Of a stretch of DNA of 64,000 nt, positions 18,208 to 29,748 are shown one piece after another. Made by a program: the position numbers and the translations under genes. Source of the stretch: a phage. The stretch lies in the sequence record PX915677.1; one strand, 5' to 3'. Below the pieces are notes generated by a model. It was not told where the DNA came from, ran no database searches, and saw only the letters and a list, made by a program, of their open reading frames with translations. Every line of letters starts with the position of its first letter. Position 1 is the first letter of the stretch.

Positions 18208-21200
18208 ATGGCTAACATTAAACCGTGGGAAGAAGCTTCCAAAGCTCCTGCGTATCTGAATGCCTCTCCGGAGCAACAAGCTCAAATGAGAGAACAATAT
18301 AAGGCAGCAGGTGGCTCTATTCCTGAGGAACAACCAGTAGCACAACCACAACAAGAAGAACGTGGTGCTATAGGTGAGTTTGCTCAAGGTGTGTCAAATG
18401 CTCTTCAATCTGGTGGTGCAAATATTGCAGCTAGTGCTGCTAAAGGTATTGGTGGTTTAGTTGAGATTGGTGAGAATCTAGCTGGAGCACAAACTAGTTA
18501 TGGTAAGCGTATCCAAGAGAACTCTCAGAACCTTCTGAAAGAACGTATGGATAAGATTGAGGATGGGATTGGTAAAACTGTCGGTCAGTATGCTGGCGTT
18601 GCTGGTGATATCGGTTTGACAGTTGCTAACCCATTGGCTGCTGCTGCTATCATCGCAGGTCGTGAGACAGGTCGTGCATATGCAGACCAAACCCCTGAAG
18701 AGGGAGAGGATAAGTCTATTCTAGATGCAGCCTTAGTTGGTGGTGCTAACTATGCAGCTCAGAGAATCCTTCCGGGTGCTGTTGGTACAGCTGAGTCCAC
18801 ACTTGGACGTATTGGTCAGAACGTTGCTAGTAACGCAGTGGCTGGTGCTAAAGGTGGTGCTCTTGTGGGTGCTGCTGAAGTTCAGAACAAGTATGGCGAC
18901 GACAACGATCTAGCTAAGACATTGGAAGGTGTTATCGAAGAAGGGGCTATGGGTGCTGCATTTGGTGGCGCAGTTGGTGGGGTTCATGGTTTGATTAGCC
19001 GTCCAGATTCTGCTGTCTTCAAGAACACTCCAGAGTATGCGAAGACTGATATTGCTGCTGATGATGAACTGATTCGTAGTGCTAAGAATATTGATGAACT
19101 GAAAGAAGCTTATTCTAAAGCTGAAACTGCTAATGCTGCTTCTGCTCTGAACCTTCTGGATGAGAATGGATTCCGTATTACAGATGCTGTTGCTGTAGAC
19201 TCCCCTGCTGCTCAGCGTATTCTTAATACTGACCAAGCTCGTGCTGAGAAAGCTGCTTCCGTTCAGAAAGAACATTCCAACATTCCGGGCCTCAACCCTT
19301 TAGCTTCTCCTGCTAAGACTCGTGGTAAAGCATTCGCTGACAACGAGCACAACCAGAAGCAGGCTGTTGCTATGAAGGATGCAATGGCTGATTACACCAA
19401 AGACAATACGAAAGCTCTTACAGATGTTCTAGATAACCTAGACCGTGAATTAACTTCTCTCCGAGCTTCTGGTGATTTTACTGGTAGTCCGATTGATATT
19501 AAGAACCGTACACAAGCCGACCGTGATTTCATTGATGCTTACAAGACTTTCTACAATGAAGCAAATCGATTCAAAGCTCGTGATGGTGAAGACTTTAATA
19601 ACTTTGTAGAGAAAGCTGCTGAACTACAGAAGATGGCTGATAATGTTTCTCCAGAGATGAAGAAAGCTATCGGTGGGTTGAAGAAACTGAAAGGTATGCC
19701 TGAAGGTTTTAATCCTATCCAAGATGCTTACACTCTGAACAATACAGCTAAGTTCATGAGCAATCAAGACCGTGGTTGGACTTCCCTGACTGATGATGGA
19801 TTCCGTGAGGCTTCTTCACCTAGTCTGGTAATGAACACTCTCGGTGCTGCTAAGTATGCTCTGAATCGCTTCTCTTCTCAGCGTGCTCGCTCTCAACGTG
19901 TTAAGCAACAAGAATCTAACAGTGAAGCTATCCGCTCTCTAGCTCGCGGTGATTTGGAAGTTGCTCGTGCTAAGTCTACTGCTGATGAAGCTCGTGCTAA
20001 AATGGAAGAAGAACCAGTTGTTGATGACATTAAATTTAAGACGCAAAATGACGTGGAAACCGAACCGGTTCGGGAGTCTTCTTCTAGTACTGTGACGGAA
20101 GAAAATCTTCCTTCTTCTGCTCCTCAAGAAGCCCCTCTTACAGCTCGTGATTTAGTTGCGCAAAGACGTGCTATCCGTCAGGCTGAACAGCGTCGCGCTG
20201 AAGAAGAGGCATTGGCTGCTCAAGAAGCTCCGGTCGAACAAGCTCCACAGGCTGAACCTCTCCCTGCTCGTAACCCTTTAGAGGAACGTCGTGCAATGGA
20301 ACAGCAACGTGCTCAAGAAGAGGCCGCACAGGCTCCAGAACCAACCGTAGAGGAACCAACAGTCAAAGCTGAGCCATTACCTGCCCGTGCTCCTAAAGCT
20401 CCTAAGGAAGCTGTACAGGACGTTAAACCGGCAAGTGGTGTAGAACGTTTAGCTGCTATGTCTAGTGCTGCTCGTCAGGCTACTAAAGATCGTGCAGAAC
20501 GTTTTGCTCGTTCTCTGTACTCTAAGGCTGCTAAAGCTAAAGCTACTGCTGAAAACTTCTTGGCCTATAAAGGTGATCCTAAGGAACTGATGCGTCGTAT
20601 TCGTCAGGAAGATAATGCTATCAACACTGAACGTCATGAAGAAATGGCTCGTAACCAGCTGGCCTCTCAGCAAGGTATTGCTACTGCTAAGAACAACACT
20701 GTACGAACTAATTTTGCTGAATGGGTTAAAGAACGTGGTCTGCCAGAAGACATTGCTACTAAGGCATTACGTGCTGAAGAGAAAGGTTTAGGTGGGAACG
20801 TAACTAACTTGGATAGTCTGAAACGTCGTGCTGAAAGGTTGTATCAGAAGCAGCGTGAGGATGAGTTTGATAGGCTGTACCAACAGGCTCTAGAAGAGAA
20901 CAAAGCTTTCGATAATAAGAATGCTCCTAAACTGGTTGACCAGAAGAAAGAGCTTCAGTCTGAGATTGATGCTTTGATTGATTCAGAACCTTTACGTCCT
21001 GCTCAGAAAGATGCTATGCGTAAGCTGATGAATGACTTTGTAGATGGGAAGTTTAAATCTTCAGAGAAGGCTGGTAGGGAAGAGGCTTTGGAAGTTGGTC
21101 AGATGAAGGATATTTGGGATGGGTTTATTAACACCTATAACAGAGAAGTGAATGCCTTCAACAAAGCTAACAAGAACTCTCAGTACGAAGCTGCTGCTAA

Positions 21201-22629
21201 GCATTTACAGGCTCGTGAAGAACGTCTTGCTACACTCAGGAAAAAGGCTCAGGCTCGTTCGGATGCTAAAGCTGCTGTTGAGAATGAACGTAAAACTCTA
21301 GAGGCTATTGCAGCTCAGAAGAGTGAGATTGAGAAGATGATGGAAGGTTTACCTAAACCTGTTCGTGAGGCTCAGGAATCTCGTACATTGAAACAGTTGG
21401 CTGCTCACCACGATAAGAACTCTCCAGTTCCTCCAGAGAAGTTCCGTAGTTACATTGAACGTATCCATAACGCCGAGTCAGACTACCTTGATCGTCAGCG
21501 TCGTTTAACTGATGCAGAGGAAGATGCTCGTCAGGCTAAGTGGAACAAGATGTATGAGCAAGCGGAAGAGATGAACCGTAAGTTTGATGTGGACAAGAGA
21601 GTTAAGCGCAGTGAAGAGCTTAAAGCGGCCCAAGAGCGTGAGAATGACCTTATGGCAGTACAACGTCAACGTGATGACATTCATCGCCGCCTGATGCGTA
21701 CTATGGAAGATAAGGGCATATCTAGAGAGGATGCTGAAGCATTTGCTGGTTCCTATATGGATAACCGTTATGCACTTCTTGAGAAGCCTATGACTCCTAC
21801 TGAACATCAGAATGCTCGTTCTCGTATCGAAGCTGATGTTGAGAAGTTTGCTAAGAAGTACGAATCAATGACTCCTATCGAGAAAGAGATTGTTAAGGTT
21901 ACTGGAGATACTGAAGGTAAGCTTGATAACTTGGATGCGGATACTAGGAAGGCTATTGAGGAGGCTCAGAAGGTTGACTCTGATATTAAGAAACTGCAAG
22001 AGGAAGAGTTGGAGATGGAGAAGATTCGTTCTGCTCTGCCTGATGATGAAAGATCTCAAGCAAATTCTGATATCTTGGAAAGCATTAAACAACAGGAAGA
22101 GGTCTTTGCTGATAAAGTAGAGAAAGCTTTCTTGAGTGGGAAGAGCTTGGATGAGTTGGCTAGTGTGGCTGAAGTTTTAGACAGGGTTCATGGTGCAGAT
22201 AAGGCTGGTAACAACCGTCGCTTTGTACGTGCATTGCAGACTGCTGCTAAAAACAAGAAGAAGTATGGTGATAATCCAGTAGCTTGGTTTAGTGCTGATG
22301 ATTACTCTGCCATTGCTAAACTTGGTGCTTCTTCCGCAGGTGGTAACAAATCCAGAGCACTGGAGAAGATCTTTGGTTCTACAGCTGAACAGGCTAAGAG
22401 TAAGTTGCTTGGTAGGGATGATGTAGCGAAGATGAGACGTGTGATTGAAGAGAACCCTGATATCAAGATTCCTTCTTACAAGACAACAAATCGTACTGAG
22501 TACTTGCAGTTCTTGGAGAAGTTTAATGACGAAGGGAAGCCTAAGATTAAACGTGGCTCATTGTCAGAGAAGCTTGAACGCAGTAAGCGTCAATCGAGAC
22601 TCCGTGTAAGAGTTCGACCTAAGGAGTGA
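18208..22629 (+). CDS. large internal virion/ejection protein (1474 aa)
   Basis: ATG 18208 with SD aaaggag (in frame with the listed 18163 start); highly charged Ala/Glu/Lys/Arg-rich coiled-coil; last gene of the structural operon. Confidence 0.5.
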   Translation: MANIKPWEEASKAPAYLNASPEQQAQMREQYKAAGGSIPEEQPVAQPQQEERGAIGEFAQGVSNALQSGGANIAASAAKGIGGLVEIGENLAGAQTSYGKRIQENSQNLLKERMDKIEDGIGKTVGQYAGVAGDIGLTVANPLAAAAIIAGRETGRAYADQTPEEGEDKSILDAALVGGANYAAQRILPGAVGTAESTLGRIGQNVASNAVAGAKGGALVGAAEVQNKYGDDNDLAKTLEGVIEEGAMGAAFGGAVGGVHGLISRPDSAVFKNTPEYAKTDIAADDELIRSAKNIDELKEAYSKAETANAASALNLLDENGFRITDAVAVDSPAAQRILNTDQARAEKAASVQKEHSNIPGLNPLASPAKTRGKAFADNEHNQKQAVAMKDAMADYTKDNTKALTDVLDNLDRELTSLRASGDFTGSPIDIKNRTQADRDFIDAYKTFYNEANRFKARDGEDFNNFVEKAAELQKMADNVSPEMKKAIGGLKKLKGMPEGFNPIQDAYTLNNTAKFMSNQDRGWTSLTDDGFREASSPSLVMNTLGAAKYALNRFSSQRARSQRVKQQESNSEAIRSLARGDLEVARAKSTADEARAKMEEEPVVDDIKFKTQNDVETEPVRESSSSTVTEENLPSSAPQEAPLTARDLVAQRRAIRQAEQRRAEEEALAAQEAPVEQAPQAEPLPARNPLEERRAMEQQRAQEEAAQAPEPTVEEPTVKAEPLPARAPKAPKEAVQDVKPASGVERLAAMSSAARQATKDRAERFARSLYSKAAKAKATAENFLAYKGDPKELMRRIRQEDNAINTERHEEMARNQLASQQGIATAKNNTVRTNFAEWVKERGLPEDIATKALRAEEKGLGGNVTNLDSLKRRAERLYQKQREDEFDRLYQQALEENKAFDNKNAPKLVDQKKELQSEIDALIDSEPLRPAQKDAMRKLMNDFVDGKFKSSEKAGREEALEVGQMKDIWDGFINTYNREVNAFNKANKNSQYEAAAKHLQAREERLATLRKKAQARSDAKAAVENERKTLEAIAAQKSEIEKMMEGLPKPVREAQESRTLKQLAAHHDKNSPVPPEKFRSYIERIHNAESDYLDRQRRLTDAEEDARQAKWNKMYEQAEEMNRKFDVDKRVKRSEELKAAQERENDLMAVQRQRDDIHRRLMRTMEDKGISREDAEAFAGSYMDNRYALLEKPMTPTEHQNARSRIEADVEKFAKKYESMTPIEKEIVKVTGDTEGKLDNLDADTRKAIEEAQKVDSDIKKLQEEELEMEKIRSALPDDERSQANSDILESIKQQEEVFADKVEKAFLSGKSLDELASVAEVLDRVHGADKAGNNRRFVRALQTAAKNKKKYGDNPVAWFSADDYSAIAKLGASSAGGNKSRALEKIFGSTAEQAKSKLLGRDDVAKMRRVIEENPDIKIPSYKTTNRTEYLQFLEKFNDEGKPKIKRGSLSEKLERSKRQSRLRVRVRPKE

Positions 22630-22638
22630 TAAAAGAAA

Positions 22639-22677
22639 AGCCCTCAAGGAGAAATCCAAGAGGGCTTTATTTGTTTC
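22639..22677. terminator. bidirectional terminator-like hairpin at convergence of the two strand blocks
   Basis: agccctc/gagggct 7-bp stem flanked by T-rich runs on both strands (ttatttgtttc on +, cttttctttt on -). Confidence 0.4.
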
Positions 22678-22721
22678 TAAGTTTTAAAAACCATCAAATT
22701 CGTCATACATCCCAATTCTCT

Positions 22722-22814
22722 TCAGAAGTCTGGATGTTCATCTTCAAAGCATCCTGAGATGCCTCCATAGAACCAATCCGATTTACTTCCAAGGATAACA
22801 ACTTCTTCATTCAT
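22722..22814 (-). CDS. hypothetical small protein (30 aa)
   Basis: MNEEVVILGSKSDWFYGG...; strong SD aggaggg 3 nt upstream; not in ORF track (under 60 aa). Confidence 0.25.
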   Translation of the reverse strand: MNEEVVILGSKSDWFYGGISGCFEDEHPDF

Positions 22815-22822
22815 ATACCCTC

Positions 22823-22984
22823 CTAGATTGTGTTTATAAAATTAGTAAGTTTCTCTTCACTTTCATCAAAAGCTTTTCCAGCTGCTTCCATCTCCCAAGT
22901 ATCGGCATTATCAATAAAGCTCTGAGCTTCTAGTAGGTCATGGATTAAGTCGAAGAGCTTGTTTTTATCTGCTTGTGTGATCAT
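22823..22984 (-). CDS. hypothetical small acidic protein (53 aa)
   Basis: MITQADKNKLFDLIHDLLEAQSFIDNADTWEMEAAGKAFDESEEKLTNFINTI; SD aggaa; hand-derived coordinates. Confidence 0.3.
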   Translation of the reverse strand: MITQADKNKLFDLIHDLLEAQSFIDNADTWEMEAAGKAFDESEEKLTNFINTI

Positions 22985-22992
22985 GTCAGTTC

Positions 22993-23220
22993 CTAGATTA
23001 AATCGTAATACTGAATAATGTCAGAGAGTTTGAACTCTCGAATCTCATCTTTCTCTACATCTATCGCTGTCATAATCCAACAAGGTTTGCCACCGTTATG
23101 AAAACGGGAGCTAGCAACGGAGGTTCGGAGTGGAATAACGGACCGGTCAGCAACCTCGCCTCTCCAATTGCGATAGCGAAAGCGAAGCACTTGTTGCGTA
23201 GATTTTTGATCATCACTCAT
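22993..23220 (-). CDS. small WYL-like domain protein
   Basis: FRYRNWRGEVADRSVIPL...GKPCWIMTAIDVEKDEIREFKLSDI resembles WYL-domain signature; start set at internal ATG abutting the HNH stop. Confidence 0.35.
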   Translation of the reverse strand: MSDDQKSTQQVLRFRYRNWRGEVADRSVIPLRTSVASSRFHNGGKPCWIMTAIDVEKDEIREFKLSDIIQYYDLI

Positions 23221-23614
23221 TTCCTTTTTTGAATTGTTTTCTTGCATCATTCTCTTCTTTTGTTTTAATCTTATGACAAGGGTCTTTACACAGAACTTGA
23301 AATCCCTCTTTCTCACACAGAGCACGAGAGATGATTTCATCCCAAGTTGCTTCATGATCTAAGGGAACTATAGGTTCTATGTGGTCAATAGCCATATCCT
23401 TTACAGGGTGGTCAGAACCACACATGGCACACTTAAAGTGCATTGCCAATCTACCTGTCTTTGGATTAATCTTCTGCTCTGTCTTGGCGTCTGCTAGTGC
23501 ATCGAACATGGGCTTCCACTTTCTAGTCAGAGAACGAATCCCTGACTTGATGAAAGAGTTATAACGAGCTTCAGTCCACATTCCACTACAGCGTATCTTC
23601 TCAGACTTCGCCAT
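23213..23614 (-). CDS. HNH endonuclease
   Basis: HFKCAMCGSDHPVKDMAIDHIEPIVPLDHEATWDE...LCKDPCH HNH zinc-finger nuclease motif. Confidence 0.7.
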   Translation of the reverse strand: MAKSEKIRCSGMWTEARYNSFIKSGIRSLTRKWKPMFDALADAKTEQKINPKTGRLAMHFKCAMCGSDHPVKDMAIDHIEPIVPLDHEATWDEIISRALCEKEGFQVLCKDPCHKIKTKEENDARKQFKKGNE

Positions 23615-23780
23615 AATCAGCTTCTTCCCAAACTCGTTTGTTTACACGATGACTTACTTTGCCCTCACGAGGAATACGACCAGTCCGCTGATCAAACAGT
23701 TGGTGCTTAATCTTTTGGTCTTTACGAGATTCACGATTAGAGGAGTTTTCATCATATGAACGATAATCAAATTTACCCAT
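23601..23780 (-). CDS. hypothetical protein (59 aa)
   Basis: MGKFDYRSYDENSSNRESRKDQ...; SD aagga; stop overlaps HNH start; not in ORF track. Confidence 0.35.
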   Translation of the reverse strand: MGKFDYRSYDENSSNRESRKDQKIKHQLFDQRTGRIPREGKVSHRVNKRVWEEADYGEV

Positions 23781-23790
23781 TATAATATCC

Positions 23791-24303
23791 TTATTTTATC
23801 CAGTCTCTTTCTATATAGGAGGTTGTGAGCTTACGTCTCTCTGCTTCAGTGGAGAAGATGACTACTACACTTCCTTTAGTGTTACCACTAACACTTTGCT
23901 GTGTATCTGCTCTTGTGAAACTCACACGACCACCTGTTATGAAAACAATCTCATCAGCATGGTTTATACACTTAGTAAACCACTTAACAGAAGTATCAGC
24001 TGGTAGCAATAAAACTGTACCAACTTTAAGTTTCTTGTTTTTGATTGCCAAGTCAACCCAAGGAGTTATGTCTGAATATGGAGGATTACACCAAGTGTAA
24101 GTGTTTCTGAACTCAGAGAAATCATAGGTTAGAGAATCCATTTCCTCTGTTATATATTTTTCTAGTAGATGATTCTTGTCACTAGATGCTATATCACAGG
24201 AGAATTCAAACCTTGTGTTAAAGAAATCAAACAGCCATTTAGGGGTTTGCCATAAATCTCTAATGTCTTCTGGGGTATTACTAGATCTATAATCTGTTAC
24301 CAT
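23791..24303 (-). CDS. DNA N6-adenine methyltransferase (phage Dam-like)
   Basis: WQTPKWLFDFFNTRFEFSCDIAS and catalytic NPPY motif (TWCNPPYSDITPW). Confidence 0.75.
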   Translation of the reverse strand: MVTDYRSSNTPEDIRDLWQTPKWLFDFFNTRFEFSCDIASSDKNHLLEKYITEEMDSLTYDFSEFRNTYTWCNPPYSDITPWVDLAIKNKKLKVGTVLLLPADTSVKWFTKCINHADEIVFITGGRVSFTRADTQQSVSGNTKGSVVVIFSTEAERRKLTTSYIERDWIK

Positions 24304-25115
24304 TCTCTATCCAACCATGTCCAATCAAATAAATCTTCCGGAGTTTGACCAACAAAGAGCAGCCGAGCATTCTCAAGCATCTTCTCTTCATCTTCAGTAT
24401 CGAACTTCTTATAATATTCCATTCGTACTATATGATACATGGTCCACTTATCTGTAACATCAGCTAGTAATTTAGCTGCTGCCTTCTTCCCTATACCTTG
24501 ACGTCGAAGCTGAAGCTTACCACCCCACATAACCTCTTTACGTTCCCCACATCCGGGGATATTATCCGTACCGTCTCCAATCAACATTTGATAGAAGAAG
24601 TTTTGCCATGAGATTAAATCAGATACGTAGTGAGGGGGAACCTCTTTCTGCCTTTCTCCACAAGCCCAGCGATAATGCCATCCGGGAGTTATCAACAAAT
24701 CCTTGTCTCTAGTACAGATGATAGTATTCTTATCCCTACGTTGTCTTTCAGCTAGTGCATCATCAGCTTCTCTCCCAAAGACCTCAATGTATTCGTACTT
24801 GGCTTTAATGTAATCACCAACGTTTTGCCAGTGAAAAGGTCTTTCTCCGGGAGGTCTGTTTGCCTTGTAATCTTGCTGCTTAGCAACATCAAAACGGAAG
24901 TTACCACCTTCGCTGAAGTAGAACACAACCTTACTGCAACCTGAGCGAGCAATGATTGTATCTATCTTGTACTGAAGTCGTTCAATCATGAAATTGTAAT
25001 CAACTGGAACACGTCCTGTGTCAAGAAAGGGATGCTCCTGAGTAAGAGCACCCACTTCATATCGAAGAACGTCAGCATCCACTATAGCAACTTCAGGGAG
25101 CTTAACTTCTTCCAT
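24297..25115 (-). CDS. 5'-3' exonuclease / flap endonuclease
   Basis: GREADDALA and IGDGTDNIPG motifs of the FEN/Pol I 5' nuclease family; start at MEEVKL with SD aggatga. Confidence 0.7.
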   Translation of the reverse strand: MEEVKLPEVAIVDADVLRYEVGALTQEHPFLDTGRVPVDYNFMIERLQYKIDTIIARSGCSKVVFYFSEGGNFRFDVAKQQDYKANRPPGERPFHWQNVGDYIKAKYEYIEVFGREADDALAERQRRDKNTIICTRDKDLLITPGWHYRWACGERQKEVPPHYVSDLISWQNFFYQMLIGDGTDNIPGCGERKEVMWGGKLQLRRQGIGKKAAAKLLADVTDKWTMYHIVRMEYYKKFDTEDEEKMLENARLLFVGQTPEDLFDWTWLDREW

Positions 25116-25991
25116 AAATATCATCCTGAGCTTGAGCAATAATCCAATCTAGATCTGAGACTGCTGATTCGATGGTTGAGTCATTAAACAGTAGATATGT
25201 TTTTCTCTGTTCGCCTTCAATATATGAACGAGAGTCTCCATCAAAAGAGCAACCATCTCTAAGAACTTGGACAACTTGGACATGGAAATTCTTTTCTAGT
25301 TCTCGTACCTCTGCATCAAAACCTCCGTCAGTAAACACGACAATATCATCCTGACCTAGCCCTTCTTGTTTGATACTTTTTACAGCAAGATTCCCCATAT
25401 GATTGTTGCCAAACATAGGTTTTAAGAAGTCTTCACTTGTAGAAATCATCAAATCTCTTACAGACTTCCCTCCCCATTCTGGTCTAGGTTTTTCTTTCCA
25501 TTCACGATCTTCATAGCGTGCTAGAAAATTTTCTAGAGGTATTCCTAGTGCAGCAGCAGCTACTCTGTACATTGGCTCCTTGAAGGATTTGGTTGAATAT
25601 CCGTGGTGGTATGAATGGGCATTGACCCAAGCATTGGCTATCGTATCTTTACCACAACCCGGAGGCCCATTAAGAATTACTACTAAAGGCTTATAGTGGG
25701 AATCTCCCACCATATTGGTCAGTGTTGGATTGCCTTGAGATTCCATTTCTAATTGCTCCGTGTGGTCATGTGAGTAATCTACTGGAGAAGTTTTGTTACC
25801 AGTAACTTTAGGTAAAATCGCTCTAGTTGTTTCTACGTACCTACCGCCATCAACATTGATTTGAAACTCTACAAGTTCATTCTGTAATTCATACCCTGAT
25901 AAGTTGGATAGCTCCTCCAACTCATCTCTGACGAAATTTAAATGTTTGATTTTAATTGCAAGAGCTTTCTTTAAAGCTTTTACCTCTTCAT

Positions 25992-25995
<4 letters not shown>
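25102..25995 (-). CDS. P-loop kinase (putative dNMP or polynucleotide kinase)
   Basis: Walker A LNGPPGCGKDT; ATG overlaps upstream stop (ATGA coupling). Confidence 0.4.
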
Positions 25996-27487
<1,492 letters not shown>

Positions 27488-27488
<1 letters not shown>

Positions 27489-27787
27489 TATTCTATTCCA
27501 CGCTCTTTAAGAGCTTCTAACAATCCGTTGTGATTAGCAGCACATTCTGTGTACTGGTCCTGATACCACTCCAACGTAGTGGCTAGTGCTTTTCCTTGAG
27601 CACTCTCTAAAAGAGGTAGGTCAACCCTACATTCAGCTTTTAGGTTTGTTGGTAAGGGCATTGATTGCCTGCTGTTGTCGCTCGTTGAACAAGCTGATAA
27701 ACTAAAAGCTAGCAAAATCCCCGTACAACTCAATAGCTTTTTCTTTATATGCACACCTAGCTCCTTCCAGTGTATCATGAAAACCAA
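27488..27787 (-). CDS. lipoprotein (o-spanin candidate)
   Basis: Signal peptide KKKLLSCTGILLAFSLSAC with lipobox LSAC; short Cys/Pro-containing mature part. Confidence 0.4.
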
Positions 27788-28160
27788 GCCAAATAACCTT
27801 ATCCTCGAATCCTATTCGAGCAGTCCATTTGTTAACATCCTTCCTATACCCGACACCTTTTATGCCTGTTATAGAATTCTTCTGAGCAGATGTATTCATC
27901 TGATTCTGCGCATTGGTTGCTTTTCTTAGGTTAGTCCAAGAGTTGTTAGATTTAATCTGATCTTTGTGGTCAATATCAGTATCAGGGATTTCCCCTGTTT
28001 TTAAATACCAAGCCACTCTGTGCGCTTTATGCGCTTTTCCATTAAATCTAATAATAATGTATCCAGCATCTATCAAACAACCGGCTTCTTTTCCAGCAAA
28101 CCTAGAGTTCCATTGATTGCTCTTCTTTTCAGAGCTTCTCCATGTTAGCTTTCCTGACAC
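27702..28160 (-). CDS. HNH homing endonuclease with AP2-type DNA-binding domain
   Basis: HRVAWYLKTGEIPDTDIDHKDQIKSNNSWTNLR HNH_3-like motif plus GVGYRKDVNKWTARIGFEDKVIWLGFHDTLEGARCAYKEKA AP2-like domain. Confidence 0.7.
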   Translation of the reverse strand: MSGKLTWRSSEKKSNQWNSRFAGKEAGCLIDAGYIIIRFNGKAHKAHRVAWYLKTGEIPDTDIDHKDQIKSNNSWTNLRKATNAQNQMNTSAQKNSITGIKGVGYRKDVNKWTARIGFEDKVIWLGFHDTLEGARCAYKEKAIELYGDFASF

Positions 28161-28183
28161 TTCATCATAGGATAAAAACTCTT

Positions 28184-28528
28184 CTATTCCTTCGATTTTA
28201 AAACCCTCTCAGCTTCTTTCTGTCTCTGGTTAAATAGAGAGACATACTCATCACTAGCGCAGACATTATAAAAAACTGGTTTAGTTTTCTCATAATGCAT
28301 CTCTTTATAAATGGTTTCCGTGTTCTTCTTCCAGTTAGATAAACCGGTAAGAACCCTCTGAGCAACTTCATCAGCTGCTCTATTTCTTTCAATCTCTAAC
28401 TCTTGTTGATGTTTCTCTTTGTCCAGATTACTGCTGTCTGTTTGATATTCGTTAAACTTCATACCACCAAAGAATACAAGAGCTGAGAAAACGATAAACC
28501 CTAAGTTATCACTTAATGTGTTTTGCAT
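28184..28528 (-). CDS. membrane-anchored coiled-coil protein (i-spanin candidate)
   Basis: N-terminal TM LGFIVFSALVFFGG then charged helical domain; start moved to ATG 28528 because the listed start lies inside the upstream terminator. Confidence 0.35.
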   Translation of the reverse strand: MQNTLSDNLGFIVFSALVFFGGMKFNEYQTDSSNLDKEKHQQELEIERNRAADEVAQRVLTGLSNWKKNTETIYKEMHYEKTKPVFYNVCASDEYVSLFNQRQKEAERVLKSKE

Positions 28529-28540
28529 GTTGTCTCCAAC

Positions 28541-28564
28541 GAAAAAAGCCACCCGGAGGTGGCT
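28541..28564 (-). terminator. rho-independent terminator (minus strand)
   Basis: agccacc-loop-ggtggct stem with U-tract on the minus strand (A6 on plus 28541-46). Confidence 0.6.
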
Positions 28565-28585
28565 AAGCTATAACAAGGAGAGTTA

Positions 28586-29332
28586 TTAGAATGGGCTATC
28601 GTTGTCGTCTTCGTAAGTAGAAGCAGGCTCTTTATCAATCGTAGGGATTGAAGGAGTAGCTTCTTTCTGCTCTGTTTCAGAAGCACGAGTAATTTCACGA
28701 CCAGCCAGAGGCATGTTCTTAGCGTCATTAGCTTGAGTAAGCAGGTTGCGCTGGAACGGGAACATCAGTTGATAGGATGCTACGTTCTCATCGGTTTCCG
28801 CATACGGTTCGAAGAATACCAGAGGACTACGAGCTTCACCAACTGCTGCACGATATTTGGTTGGGATTGGAGAAATGGTCTTGATGGAGTTTTTAACTTC
28901 ACCAGCTTTGTTAGTGTAAGAGTTAACCAGAATGTTAACAGGCTGACCTAACAGAACATCCTTGAACCAAGACAGATCACCTTTCAGTGCTTGAATGCTT
29001 GGGTCAATCATCTTGCAAAGATCAAGAATACCAGAGTTCTTAGCTCGTGGGTTTACATCATAGCTCTTGAACTGGCAAGCCGGACGTGGTTCTAATGCCT
29101 TACCATCGGAATCTTTACCAGTAGCATCAACACCAATCAGCTCGAAAGCCAAATCCATACGGAAAGCCGGATTCTTAGGAGTTACTGCTTTGGTCTTCGG
29201 GTCAATCCAAGGGTCACGATTGTGAACACCCAAACCTACTACACGAACGATACGAGCTTCGTATTCACCATCAGGGATTACATCGTAGTTGGATTTACGA
29301 GAAGAAGTTGCGATAGTTGGAATCATAGACAT
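28586..29332 (-). CDS. putative ssDNA-binding protein
   Basis: 248 aa with acidic C-terminal tail ...YEDDNDSPF ending in Phe as in SSB/gp2.5-type proteins; promoter motif upstream and terminator downstream. Confidence 0.45.
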   Translation of the reverse strand: MSMIPTIATSSRKSNYDVIPDGEYEARIVRVVGLGVHNRDPWIDPKTKAVTPKNPAFRMDLAFELIGVDATGKDSDGKALEPRPACQFKSYDVNPRAKNSGILDLCKMIDPSIQALKGDLSWFKDVLLGQPVNILVNSYTNKAGEVKNSIKTISPIPTKYRAAVGEARSPLVFFEPYAETDENVASYQLMFPFQRNLLTQANDAKNMPLAGREITRASETEQKEATPSIPTIDKEPASTYEDDNDSPF

Positions 29333-29391
29333 ATTTTAATTTCCTTATTTAATTTGAAAGATTGTTGCTCTCTTTGAGCGGTTATGTATAG

Positions 29392-29400
29392 TATACATTA
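29392..29400 (-). promoter_or_regulatory. candidate phage-specific promoter element TAATGTATA (minus strand)
   Basis: 59 nt upstream of SSB-like gene start 29332. Confidence 0.4.
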
Positions 29401-29463
29401 CGCTTATACCGATAAGAGTACTATATAATATAAGTATCTTTGGTAGTAGATATAACACACTAA

Positions 29464-29472
29464 TAATGTATA
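29464..29472 (+). promoter_or_regulatory. candidate promoter element TAATGTATA (plus strand, orphan)
   Basis: Same 9-mer on the opposite strand inside the 415-bp ORF-free region 29333-29748. Confidence 0.25.
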
Positions 29473-29748
29473 TATTGTATAGCTGATAAAGTTATTGCAG
29501 GCTTGTATATTGGGCAATTCACAGAATCCCTTGCAAGTACCGAAGGGCAGGAGCCACCTGCGAGATAAAAATAGAGAATTAAGGAATCCTTGATTTAGGT
29601 TGTAGGGACTCCTAGGGACTTTGATTCTCTATTTAAAAGAATATTAATTACTTATTACCTAAATAATTAACTAACTTACTTAAACCAAATTCAAGAATAA
29701 TAGATAAAAAGATTATTCCTAAGAAAGCTAAAAAGTAAAGGATATAAG

